Positions 1-8,982 are shown, counted from the stretch's first letter. The stretch is DNA of 64,000 nucleotides from an uncultured Clostridia bacterium (GCA_934754375.1 CAKVHT010000001.1:24532-88531); one strand, 5' to 3'. Numbers and translations: made by a program. Notes: generated by a model not told the origin, from the sequence alone.

Positions 1-897
1 ACGAGCAAACACTGCTTTTGGATTGAAACGTCTAAAATAGTCTGCTGGGAAGTGTTTAAGCAATTCCGGATATTTGATGATGATATTACCCATAAGAGAT
101 AAACAGTTGTCAGTTGCTGTGCAAATTTCATCTTTTGTCATATATGCAACCACTGTTGGTGCAACGTGTAGCACGTTTTTCAACGCAACATCACTGCTAA
201 TAAGAGTGTGACGCATGTCTGGGCGAAGTTGAATGTACAATGAAGGGTCAGCTTTAAGTTCTTTTTTGATTTGGTCAAAATCTGTCATTGTTGAAATGTC
301 TGATATGCCAGTGAAATATCTTGCATTTGATTTTAAGAACAATGGGTCATTAAAATATCCCTTTTCCATAAAAAAGCCTTTATTTGCTGCCATAACACCG
401 TTTGGCAAACTTGAGCCAACAGCAGTTTGATACAAAACTTCAATAGGGCAATATCTCAAGAAAATTGGGTTGATGTTGATTAATTCAATATAGAGTGAGA
501 CGTAAATATAATCTCTCCTGCCTTTGCCAACTTTTTCGTATTTTAAGCATGCTTCTTTCAAATAGTCCAAATTTGATTGATACTTTGCCATAACACGTTT
601 AACATCTTCTTCATTTAGTTTTTCGCCATAATTTGTGTTAAAAGTCAAATCTAAATCGCCCAAAATGTGAGCCATAAGATAATCTTTTAAATCCATCAAA
701 AGATTAACATTTTTAATTCTTGTTTTTTCAGCTTCTAAATACTTGTTTTGTGTTTCTTGCCTTTTTGCTGCCTCTGCCAAACCTTCCGGAGAGTTTTTGT
801 AAGCTTCACGGCTGTTTAAATAAGACATGTGCCTTTCTTCGCTTGATATTTGGTCAAGCCTTTGCCTTGCAATTTCTTGTCTTGTAATTCTGCGCAT
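1..897 (-). CDS. hypothetical protein (3' end lies outside the window)
   Basis: Minus-strand frame is open from the window edge to ATG at 895-897 (299 codons, hand-translated MRRITRQEIARQRLDQISSEERH...). AAGGTGG Shine-Dalgarno just upstream. Missing from the ORF track only because its stop is outside the window. No family recognised. Confidence 0.6.
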   Translation of the reverse strand, partial: MRRITRQEIARQRLDQISSEERHMSYLNSREAYKNSPEGLAEAAKRQETQNKYLEAEKTRIKNVNLLMDLKDYLMAHILGDLDLTFNTNYGEKLNEEDVKRVMAKYQSNLDYLKEACLKYEKVGKGRRDYIYVSLYIELININPIFLRYCPIEVLYQTAVGSSLPNGVMAANKGFFMEKGYFNDPLFLKSNARYFTGISDISTMTDFDQIKKELKADPSLYIQLRPDMRHTLISSDVALKNVLHVAPTVVAYMTKDEICTATDNCLSLMGNIIIKYPELLKHFPADYFRRFNPKAVFAR

Positions 898-1021
898 AAC
901 TACCACCTTTTCTTTAATAAATCTAACACAGAAGGTTAAAATTGTCAATATTAAACTTAAAAATTGACTGCAATCTATTTGTTTTAGGCATAGCAATTGA
1001 AAATATAAAATAAAGTAAAAT

Positions 1022-1714
1022 ATGAAAAAAAGTGTAATCATCACAAATTGTATCATTGTTGCCATGTTTATAACCTTGATTGGTTTGAGTTATAGCAATG
1101 CAGTGGCACTAAATGTGCAAGCAGATGCAAGGGTTGTTTATGCAGGAAACACAAGCCAAAACAAAGTGGCTTTTATGGTCAATGTCTATCAGCATGAAGA
1201 TTGTGTTTTGGACATGCTTGACATTTTTGATGCCTTCAAGGTTAAAGCAACATTTTTTATTGGTGGCAGTTGGGCTGTTAAAAATATTGATACCGTCAAG
1301 CAAATCTATGCACGTGGCTTTGAGTTGGGTAATCATGGTTTTAACCACAAAAATCACGACAAACTGGCTTTAGAGGCCAACATGCAGGAAATTAAAGCCT
1401 GTCATGACCTTATAAAACAAAATTTAGGGGTTGAGATGAACCTTTTTGCACCACCGAGCGGAGCATATAACACAACAACAATAGATTGTGCTGAAAACCT
1501 TGGCTATAAAACAATTATGTGGACACACGACACCATTGATTGGCGAGACCAAAATGCAGATGTAATATTTAAACGAGCAACAAAAAATCTTTCAAATGGA
1601 GATTTGGTTTTGATGCACCCAACAGAAAAGACTGTAACGGCATTGACAAAAATCTTGTCTTATGCCATTAACAATGGTTTTGAACCAACAACAGTAAGCA
1701 GTTGCATAGCATAA
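1022..1714 (+). CDS. polysaccharide/peptidoglycan deacetylase (NodB domain, PdaB-like)
   Basis: 230 aa with an N-terminal hydrophobic signal/anchor. NodB-type motifs: KATFFIGGSW, HGFNHKNH, FAPPSGAY, HDTIDWRD, LMHP. Confidence 0.8.
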   Translation: MKKSVIITNCIIVAMFITLIGLSYSNAVALNVQADARVVYAGNTSQNKVAFMVNVYQHEDCVLDMLDIFDAFKVKATFFIGGSWAVKNIDTVKQIYARGFELGNHGFNHKNHDKLALEANMQEIKACHDLIKQNLGVEMNLFAPPSGAYNTTTIDCAENLGYKTIMWTHDTIDWRDQNADVIFKRATKNLSNGDLVLMHPTEKTVTALTKILSYAINNGFEPTTVSSCIA

Positions 1715-1801
1715 ATTTGTCGAAATCTCAACAAAAGCAAAAATCCTTTGCCTTTTTGCTTTTTTTGTTGTACACTTTTTTACAAAGTAAAAGGGTGGCA
1801 A

Positions 1802-4800
1802 ATGGCAATTTATAAATCATCATTTAACAAAAAGCCAGAAAAGAAGAGTGAAAAACCTCAAAAAGAACATAAACTGGTTGAAAAGAAGCCAAAGGCAAAG
1901 TTAAAGATTAATCATGCTCTTGTTTGGTTAATTTTGTTTTTGGCAATTTTTGTTGCCTGCGTTTTGCCATCAAATTTTGTCAAAAACTTCATTTTGGGTG
2001 CGATTGGATTAAGCATTTATCCAATTTGCGTGGTTGGAGTTTTCTTTTGTGCACTAAAATTAAGCAAAAAGAAGTTTGTTGCAAAAAAGAAATATATAAC
2101 CTATCTTTCAATTTCTGTTGGTATTGTTTGGTTTATTTTTCATTTGATTTTAACTCATCGCCTTGATGCCAGCAATTACGGTACATTTTTAATAGAGACA
2201 TACAAGGCAAAAACCACAGCTGGTGGTGTGCTTTTCAGTTTGATAAGTTGGCCAATTGAAAAAGTTTTAACAACGGTTGGTGCATATATTTTCAGTGCAA
2301 TTGCCCTTGCAGTGTTTGTTGGATTGATAATTGATTATATCAACACAGAAAAAGAGTATGGCAAAGCAGAACAGAAAACTAAATTTGACTTTAAAAACAT
2401 TGAAGAATTTGAATTTGATTTGCCAAGTGAAGAGCAACCTCAAAATAATGAAGATGAAACAAAAAGGCTTGCAAAACGCCGTTTGGGGCTTGAAAAAGGT
2501 GAAACAACCATCATTTCAAGCAGTATGCCTACTGTGAAGATAAATGAACGCAAACCAGAATCCCGTCCTATCAACAAAAGGGAGTATATTTTAACACCTA
2601 TCGACCCAATTATACCGCCAGAAAATGATAAAGATATCTTTTTGGATAGCACTTTGGGTTATAAACGCCCACAAAAGCAAGATGAAGTTCAAACAAGCAA
2701 TCAAACTCAATCATACAACACAAACTCAGACAATTTTTCACAGAGCAATCAACCAAAAGAAGATGCCCCTGTTGAAATCAAACCAGTAAGAAGCATTATG
2801 GACGAATTGCTTGATGACGAGCCAGAACAAAACCAAACAAATAATAGTTATGCAGAACCAGAATATGCACAAGAAGATAATTCAAACAACGATGAATATG
2901 ACGATTTGATCTTAGATGATGAAGATAATTTTGATGCAAGTGAGTATGAAGAATTGCAAGCAAAAGATAGTACCGCTAGCCAAACATACAACCAAACACA
3001 ACAAAATGATTATTCAGACAATTACAATTCAAATTATCAAAACACACAACACCAACAAGAAGATGAATTGTCCCATATTGATGAAGAATACAATATGGAA
3101 GAAAATTATCAAGACGAAACCGAACATTCTGAACCAGAGCAAAATCAAACTGCAACAAATGAAAATGTTCATGTTGAGCATGTTGATCTAGACAAGCAAG
3201 ATTATGTTGATGAATTTCAATATAATCCACATAAAGATAATCTTGGCAGTACGGTTGAAACAGAAGTTGTTCGACCAAGTGTGGATATTTCTAAATTCCA
3301 TTTGCCAAACACAGTTAAAAAGACTTTGGTTGAAGAACCTGAACAAATCAAGATTGACCAAATCAAACCAAAACAAGAAATCCCACCTTATGTTGCGCCA
3401 CCAGTTGAATTGCTTAATTATATAGACAATGCATACCATATCAGTGATGACGAATTGCAAGATAATATAGTGAGACTTGAACAGGTGTTGGAAGACTTTA
3501 AAGTACCTGCAAAAGTGAATAACGTTCAAGTTGGACCAGCAGTTACAAGGTATGAACTCACAATGCCTCGTGGAATATCTGTTAATAAGATTGCTCAAAT
3601 GGCGGACGATATTGCCATGACACTTGCATCAAATGGTTCAATCCGTGTTGAAGCCCCAATACCTGGCAAAAATTCAGTTGGTATTGAAGTGCCAAATGCT
3701 CAAGTTAGTGCAGTAAGTTTGCGTGAACTTATTGATAGCGAACAATTCCGTCAACGTGCAAACCCACTCTCATTCGTATTGGGTAAAGACATTAACGGAG
3801 ACATCAACTTCTGTAACCTTGACAAAATGCCACACGTGCTTGTTGCTGGTAGCACAGGCAGTGGTAAATCTGTTTGCCTTAACACAATGATTCTTTCAAT
3901 GTGCTACAAGGCAGGCCCACAAGATTTGCGCTTGATTTTGGTTGACCCAAAAACTGTTGAGTTTACACAATATAATGGCTTGCCACACCTTTTGTTGCCA
4001 GAAGTTATCACTGGCAAAGAAATGACAATCAATGCACTTGATTGGGCTATTAAAGAAATGGAACGCCGTTACGCATTATTTGCAAAACATCGTGTTGTAA
4101 ATATTAACGAATATAACAAACTTGATATAGTCAAAAACAAAGTGGAAGAAAAAATTCCATATATCGTCATTGTTGTGGACGAGCTTGCAGACCTTATGCT
4201 TGAAGCAAAACGAGAAATTGAAGATAGAATTGCAAAATTGGCAGCAAAAGCACGTGCCGCAGGTATCCACCTTGTGCTTGCAACTCAACGTCCGTCTGTT
4301 GATGTCATCACTGGCACAGTCAAAGCCAACCTACCTTCACGTATTGCATTTGCTCTCACAAACTATATGGATAGTAAAACTGTGCTTGACGGCGGTGGTG
4401 CAGAAAAATTGCTTGGCAAAGGCGATATGTTGTTTAAACCTCTTGATAAACCTGAACCAAAACGTATTCAAGGTGCGTTTGTGTCAAATACAGAGATTGC
4501 AAACATTGTGGAATTTATCAAACAACACAACCCACCTGTTTATGACGAAGACACTGGCAGGACAATCAAAAACCCACATCAGTCAGAAAGAAATAATGCG
4601 GATAGTATTACTCCAAGAGAAATGGAATTTGACCCAGTGCTTAAAGATGCACTAAAAATATTTATTCAAAACAAACAGGCAAGTGGTAGCATGATTTCAA
4701 GACGTTATTCTGTTGGCTTTAACCGTGCGGGCAGGATTATGGATCAAATGGAACGTGCTGGCTTCATTGGACCACAAGAAGGTAGCAAACCTCGTCAGGT

Positions 4801-4852
4801 GCTTATCACCATGGACGAATATAAAGCAATTTTTGGTGATGATGAAGATTAG
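1802..4852 (+). CDS. ftsK: DNA translocase FtsK/SpoIIIE
   Basis: ORF track gives 1748..4852; start moved to ATG 1802 (GGGTGG SD upstream). N-terminal TM helices, a long N/Q/D/E-rich linker, Walker A GSTGSGKS, Walker B VVDELADL, and a C-terminal winged-helix gamma domain (SMISRRYSVGFNRAGRIMDQME). Confidence 0.92.
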   Translation: MAIYKSSFNKKPEKKSEKPQKEHKLVEKKPKAKLKINHALVWLILFLAIFVACVLPSNFVKNFILGAIGLSIYPICVVGVFFCALKLSKKKFVAKKKYITYLSISVGIVWFIFHLILTHRLDASNYGTFLIETYKAKTTAGGVLFSLISWPIEKVLTTVGAYIFSAIALAVFVGLIIDYINTEKEYGKAEQKTKFDFKNIEEFEFDLPSEEQPQNNEDETKRLAKRRLGLEKGETTIISSSMPTVKINERKPESRPINKREYILTPIDPIIPPENDKDIFLDSTLGYKRPQKQDEVQTSNQTQSYNTNSDNFSQSNQPKEDAPVEIKPVRSIMDELLDDEPEQNQTNNSYAEPEYAQEDNSNNDEYDDLILDDEDNFDASEYEELQAKDSTASQTYNQTQQNDYSDNYNSNYQNTQHQQEDELSHIDEEYNMEENYQDETEHSEPEQNQTATNENVHVEHVDLDKQDYVDEFQYNPHKDNLGSTVETEVVRPSVDISKFHLPNTVKKTLVEEPEQIKIDQIKPKQEIPPYVAPPVELLNYIDNAYHISDDELQDNIVRLEQVLEDFKVPAKVNNVQVGPAVTRYELTMPRGISVNKIAQMADDIAMTLASNGSIRVEAPIPGKNSVGIEVPNAQVSAVSLRELIDSEQFRQRANPLSFVLGKDINGDINFCNLDKMPHVLVAGSTGSGKSVCLNTMILSMCYKAGPQDLRLILVDPKTVEFTQYNGLPHLLLPEVITGKEMTINALDWAIKEMERRYALFAKHRVVNINEYNKLDIVKNKVEEKIPYIVIVVDELADLMLEAKREIEDRIAKLAAKARAAGIHLVLATQRPSVDVITGTVKANLPSRIAFALTNYMDSKTVLDGGGAEKLLGKGDMLFKPLDKPEPKRIQGAFVSNTEIANIVEFIKQHNPPVYDEDTGRTIKNPHQSERNNADSITPREMEFDPVLKDALKIFIQNKQASGSMISRRYSVGFNRAGRIMDQMERAGFIGPQEGSKPRQVLITMDEYKAIFGDDED

Positions 4853-4891
4853 TTTTTTAACCAAAACAATTTAAATAACATAAAAATCATT

Positions 4892-5752
4892 ATGGTTGCA
4901 GATGCTCATAATGATTTTTTAACGGCAGTCAAGGATAAGGCTGAACGTGAACAAATAGTAAAAGATTTTGTTAAAAATGGTGTCAAGATTTTAAGTTGTG
5001 CCGTGTTTACAACTGAACAACAATTAAAAATTGAAGATGTTGAAAGTTTTGATAAAGAGATAAAAGAATATAACAAAAAATATAATTGCAACTTTTTGCT
5101 TTCGATTGAAGATATTGGTTTTGTAAAGTCCAAGTCAGATTTAGAAAGATTGATAAAATTGAAACCCGTTTCTGTGACACTCACTTGGAATTTTAACAAT
5201 CAGTTTGCGGGCGGGGCTCTAGACAATGGTGGACTTACAAAACTTGGCAAATCAGTTGTTAAAATTTTGGAGCAAAACAGCATTTTGGTTGACACTGCAC
5301 ATCTAAACAAGAAATCATTTTGGCAATTTGTTAAAATAAGTTCAAAGCCAATTTATTGTTCACATGCCAATATATTTTCACTTCGTAAACATAAAAGAAA
5401 TTTAACAAACAAACAACTTGAAAAGATTGTTGAAACTAATGGTTTTTTAGGGCTTACACTTTATCAAGATTTTGTTTCAAATGGGCAAATCAAAGCCGAA
5501 CATATTGCAAAACAATTTGCCTATTTGTCAAATAAATATGGTTCAAAAAACTTTGGGTTTGGCACAGATTTCTTTGGGAGTGATAGAGATAAATTTCCAA
5601 AAGATGTAACATCTTATGCTGATTTTAAGCATATTGAAAAGGCTTTAAAAATCATCAAATTTACAGGCAAAACAATTGCTTATATCACACATAAAAATTA
5701 CATATATTTTTTGCAAGCTCAAGGCATTGACTTAAAAAATTTTAAAGGTTAA
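4892..5752 (+). CDS. dipeptidase, peptidase M19 (renal/membrane dipeptidase) family
   Basis: 286 aa. DAHNDF at the N-terminus, plus DTAHL, CSHAN and GTDFFG motifs typical of M19 metallodipeptidases. Confidence 0.7.
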   Translation: MVADAHNDFLTAVKDKAEREQIVKDFVKNGVKILSCAVFTTEQQLKIEDVESFDKEIKEYNKKYNCNFLLSIEDIGFVKSKSDLERLIKLKPVSVTLTWNFNNQFAGGALDNGGLTKLGKSVVKILEQNSILVDTAHLNKKSFWQFVKISSKPIYCSHANIFSLRKHKRNLTNKQLEKIVETNGFLGLTLYQDFVSNGQIKAEHIAKQFAYLSNKYGSKNFGFGTDFFGSDRDKFPKDVTSYADFKHIEKALKIIKFTGKTIAYITHKNYIYFLQAQGIDLKNFKG

Positions 5753-5755
5753 AAT
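5727..5755 (+). promoter_or_regulatory. promoter TTGACT-17-TAAAAT ending 6 nt before the folD ATG (candidate leaderless start)
   Basis: TTGACT 5727-5732, 17-nt spacer, TAAAAT 5750-5755, then gcttgc, then ATG 5762. No SD between the -10 and the ATG. Confidence 0.5.
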
Positions 5756-5761
5756 GCTTGC

Positions 5762-6604
5762 ATGGAAATAATGAATGGAAAAGAAGTTTCAACAATCATA
5801 AAAAAAATGATTGCAAACAAAGTTAATCAAAATTATATTTTAAAGGGCAAAAAAGTGCCAACTTTGGCATGCGTTTTAGTGGGGGACAACCCAGCAAGCA
5901 AAGTGTATGTTGCCAACAAGGAAAAAGCATGTGTAATGGTTGGTTTTAATTCAATTGTAAAACATTTGCCAGAAGATGCTTCACAGCAACAGGTTGCAGA
6001 AGCAATCACAAGTCTGAATCAAGATAAAGATGTGTCAGGCATCCTTTTACAGTTGCCGTTGCCAAAACATTTAGATGAAGATTATCTTGTCAACCTGATT
6101 TCCCCATCAAAAGATGTTGATAGTTTGACTGATTTAAACCTTGGTCGCCTTTTTGCAGGCAAGCACATCGTTGCACCTTGCACTGCAATTGGCATTATAG
6201 ATTTGCTTGATAATTATCAAATCTCAATTCAAGGTAAACGGGCAGTGGTTATAGGTAGAAGCTTGCTTGTTGGCAAATCTGTGGCAAATTTGTTGGAACA
6301 GAGAAATGCAACAGTAACCGTTTGCCATTCTAAAACAGAAAACTTAAAAGACATCAGTCGTCAAGCAGATATTTTGATAGTTGCAATTGGCAAGCCTAAT
6401 TTTGTAACAGCGGACATGGTTAAAGATGATGCGGTTGTTATTGATGTTGGCATCAATCGTTTGGCAACTGGTTTGGTTGGAGATGTGGATTTTGCAAATG
6501 TTAAAAATAAGGCATCATACATCACTCCAGTGCCGGGCGGAGTTGGGCCTATGACGATTGCTGAATTGATGCAAAACACATTAACCTTGCATGAGATGAT
6601 GTAA
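5762..6604 (+). CDS. folD: bifunctional methylenetetrahydrofolate dehydrogenase/cyclohydrolase FolD
   Basis: 280 aa. Typical FolD layout: LVGDNPASKVYV, LLQLPLP, GRSLLVGKS, PGGVGPMT. Confidence 0.93.
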   Translation: MEIMNGKEVSTIIKKMIANKVNQNYILKGKKVPTLACVLVGDNPASKVYVANKEKACVMVGFNSIVKHLPEDASQQQVAEAITSLNQDKDVSGILLQLPLPKHLDEDYLVNLISPSKDVDSLTDLNLGRLFAGKHIVAPCTAIGIIDLLDNYQISIQGKRAVVIGRSLLVGKSVANLLEQRNATVTVCHSKTENLKDISRQADILIVAIGKPNFVTADMVKDDAVVIDVGINRLATGLVGDVDFANVKNKASYITPVPGGVGPMTIAELMQNTLTLHEMM

Positions 6605-6614
6605 CAATAAACAT

Positions 6615-6648
6615 AAAAAAACACTGATGTGCAAATCAGTGTTTTTTT
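6615..6648. terminator. bidirectional rho-independent terminator (folD / vanZ-like, convergent)
   Basis: A-run, stem acactgat/atcagtgt (6621-6628 / 6635-6642), T-run. Confidence 0.75.
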
Positions 6649-6689
6649 ACCTGGTTTTGAGGGTTTGTTACAAAAACATATTAAAATTT

Positions 6690-7241
6690 TCATGTTATTT
6701 GATTTTTATCTTTTTTGTTTTTTCCACAGGCGGAAATTATAGTTTGATAAAACCAACAAACAATTCCACCAATCAAAACACTTATTGTGTTGAATATCAC
6801 ATCTGACAACTGCACAGACCTTGGCACAGGCAAAATAAATTGGCTGATTTCCACAAATAATCCACAAATTAATCCAACAATAAGCAAGATGAGTAATTTT
6901 TTTAGCCATGATAATTTATCGGTTTTTATCCAAACCATCACACCAACAGGAATAAACATGATTAGGTTGATGCAGATATCAAAAGTTGTTAAATTTTTAA
7001 ATGTCCAACTTATTTGTTTATTTGCCCAGCCCGTTGAGAAATCAAAACTTATATTTACAAATTGTTTGCTTACGTCCACTTTTGCCCAAACACCAACAAG
7101 CAAGACACAAGCATACATGACAAATAAGCACCATAATATTATATTTTGAGCTCTTTTATTTTTGATTAACAATAAAAATATTGGCAGAACAAAATATGCC
7201 AACAGAGCGATAATCAAAACAAATGGTGTGTTAAGTTTCAT
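6690..7241 (-). CDS. VanZ-like membrane protein
   Basis: 183 aa, 5-6 TM helices. VanZ-like motifs DICINLIMFIPVG and SDVIFNTISVLIGG. TTGACA-18-TATCAT promoter and AAGGA SD upstream. Confidence 0.6.
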   Translation of the reverse strand: MKLNTPFVLIIALLAYFVLPIFLLLIKNKRAQNIILWCLFVMYACVLLVGVWAKVDVSKQFVNISFDFSTGWANKQISWTFKNLTTFDICINLIMFIPVGVMVWIKTDKLSWLKKLLILLIVGLICGLFVEISQFILPVPRSVQLSDVIFNTISVLIGGIVCWFYQTIISACGKNKKDKNQIT

Positions 7242-7308
7242 TTATATCCTTAATTTTATGATACACATTTTTAACCATGGTTGTCAAATGAGTTGATTTC
7301 TGCTGAAG

Positions 7309-7335
7309 AAAAAAACACAAGTTATTAAACTTGTG
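7309..7335 (-). terminator. hairpin plus T-run on the minus strand
   Basis: Stem cacaagtt/aacttgtg (7316-7323 / 7328-7335). Read on the minus strand it is followed by TTTTTTT. Confidence 0.4.
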
Positions 7336-7444
7336 CATTTGCTTGGTGTGGATAATAGGTGCGTAGAGTTAAAAAAATTGCTCTAATAGGCATTTTAGTG
7401 TAACAAAGAGGGCAATTGGCAAAAAGGCAGTGGTTGTTTTTAAA

Positions 7445-7475
7445 TAAAAAAACAACCCGACCAAAAGCCGAGTTG
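7445..7475 (-). terminator. terminator of the tRNA-Leu transcript
   Basis: Minus-strand RNA CAACUCGGC-UUUUG-GUCGGGUUG followed by a U-run, immediately 3' of the tRNA. Confidence 0.55.
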
Positions 7476-7481
7476 AGACGA

Positions 7482-7568
7482 TGGTGCGGATAACAGGACT
7501 TGAACCTGCAAGAATGTTACTTCACAAGATCCTTAGTCTTGCGCGTCTGCCAATTCCGCCATATCCGC
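7482..7568 (-). tRNA. tRNA-Leu (type II, long variable arm, encoded CCA); hand-folded anticodon AAG
   Basis: Sense strand GCGGATA-TG-GCG-GAATTGGCAGA-CGC-G-CAAGA-CTAAGGA-TCTTG-(15-nt variable arm)-GCAGG-TTCAAGT-CCTGT-TATCCGC-ACCA. The 7-nt anticodon loop CTAAGGA puts AAG at positions 34-36 (plus-strand 7532-7534). Confidence 0.85.
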
Positions 7569-7733
7569 ATGCTTGAGATTATAATGATATTTGTCACATA
7601 TTTAAACTTTGGCGCAAGACCAATTAGGGTTCCCACAAACACGACAGGGTTTGAAGGGAAAAGGAACAGTCAACCAAAAGAGCAAATTTGTGAGCGAATG
7701 TGAACAAATTGATTAAAGGGTGCACTGTGACGC

Positions 7734-7764
7734 GCGCGTCTGCCAATTCCGCCATATCCGCATG
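7734..7764 (-). repeat. 31-nt exact duplicate of the tRNA-Leu 5' end (nt 1-28 plus 3 upstream nt); truncated tRNA remnant
   Basis: gcgcgtctgccaattccgccatatccgcatg occurs at 7541-7571 and 7734-7764. Sequence 3' of the second copy does not fold as a tRNA. Confidence 0.8.
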
Positions 7765-8011
7765 ATATCATAATATGTTGAAAACTTATTTCAACGATTT
7801 AAAAGATAGCACATTTTTTAAGACATGTCAAGATATTCAAGTTGTTTTGATATTTAAATTTAAATTTTATTTTTTATTAAGACATTAATTAGTTAAAATA
7901 TATAACAAGTACTGACTAAAAAACATATAAATAAATTGTTAAATTAAACAAATGTTAAAATTTAGTTGTTAAATTTGGATTTGTTTTGTATAATAATCAA
8001 ACGGAGAAAAT

Positions 8012-8971
8012 ATGGAAAAATTTCATTGCATTATAGACACAGACCCAGGGGTTGATGACTCAGCAGCACTTGCTTTAAGCTTGTATGATGAAAAAATTGT
8101 GATTGATTTAATCACAACTGTTTCAGGCAATTTAGACTTACAATCTGTGACTAGGAATGCTTTGCATGTTTTGGAAAAATTTAAACGAACAGATATCCCA
8201 GTTGCCATGGGTGCCGTTAAGCCAATGGAAAGGGAAAGTAAAGATGCAAAATTTATCCACCAAGCGGAAGGCATGGGCGGATATCATCCACCAAAAACAG
8301 TTAAAACCAAGCCTATTGAAAAGCCTGCAGTGGAAGCAATGTATGAAGTTATCAACAATCATGCTGGTGATATAAACATAATCATGTTGGGGCCACAAAC
8401 AAACGTGGCATATCTCATCAAGCAACACCCAGATGTTGTAAATAAAATTAGACACATTTATTGTGAAGGTTGCTCACCTTATGGCTGGAAAAGTGAAAAG
8501 AGATGGATAGAATATATTTCATTCAATGCATCGAGTGACCCTGAAGCATTTGATATCGTAATGAAAAGTGGCATACCAATAACAATTGTCCCTTCAAGAA
8601 TGGGTAGAGAATTGGCAAATTTCACGGAACAAGAAGTTTATGACATTGGCAAAATCAATGATGTGGGCAGATTTATTTGTGAAATGTATTCTGGCTATTG
8701 GGAACCAGGTTATCAAGATAGAAGAATTGCAACAAATGATACCTGTGCATTATTAAATTTGCGTTATCCAAAATTGTTTAAAACCATACCGGTTGATATT
8801 GAAATTGACACTGACAAAATGCCAGGCAAAACAGTTATGACAAAAAATCGTCATAGCCACATTAAACTGGTTACAAAAATAAACAGAAAGAAAATGCACA
8901 AATTTTATTTTGAAGCAATTAAAAAATTGGATAGGTTTAAATTTTATAGAAAGCCTGCAAAAACAAAATAG
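8012..8971 (+). CDS. nucleoside hydrolase (inosine/uridine-preferring, IUNH family)
   Basis: 319 aa. N-terminal DTDPGVDDSAAL (DxDxxxDD) signature. GGAGA SD. Confidence 0.85.
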   Translation: MEKFHCIIDTDPGVDDSAALALSLYDEKIVIDLITTVSGNLDLQSVTRNALHVLEKFKRTDIPVAMGAVKPMERESKDAKFIHQAEGMGGYHPPKTVKTKPIEKPAVEAMYEVINNHAGDINIIMLGPQTNVAYLIKQHPDVVNKIRHIYCEGCSPYGWKSEKRWIEYISFNASSDPEAFDIVMKSGIPITIVPSRMGRELANFTEQEVYDIGKINDVGRFICEMYSGYWEPGYQDRRIATNDTCALLNLRYPKLFKTIPVDIEIDTDKMPGKTVMTKNRHSHIKLVTKINRKKMHKFYFEAIKKLDRFKFYRKPAKTK

Positions 8972-8982
8972 GATTTTAAAAG

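Noticed and set aside
7347-7355. Perfect DnaA box (TGTGGATAA, complement TTATCCACA) in the vanZ-tRNA spacer
   Set aside because: It is a single isolated box, with no cluster, no adjacent AT-rich unwinding element with repeats, and no dnaA/dnaN nearby. That is not enough to call an origin.
7642-7671. SRP (4.5S) RNA-like motif CGACAGGGTTTGAAGGGAAAAGGAACAGTC in the spacer between the tRNA-Leu and its duplicated 5' fragment
   Set aside because: It only loosely resembles the conserved CAGGTCC-GGAA-GGAAGCAG helix 8. The apex is not a GNRA tetraloop on a 3-bp stem, and the flanks do not form the long closing hairpin expected of an SRP RNA. An Rfam scan would settle it.
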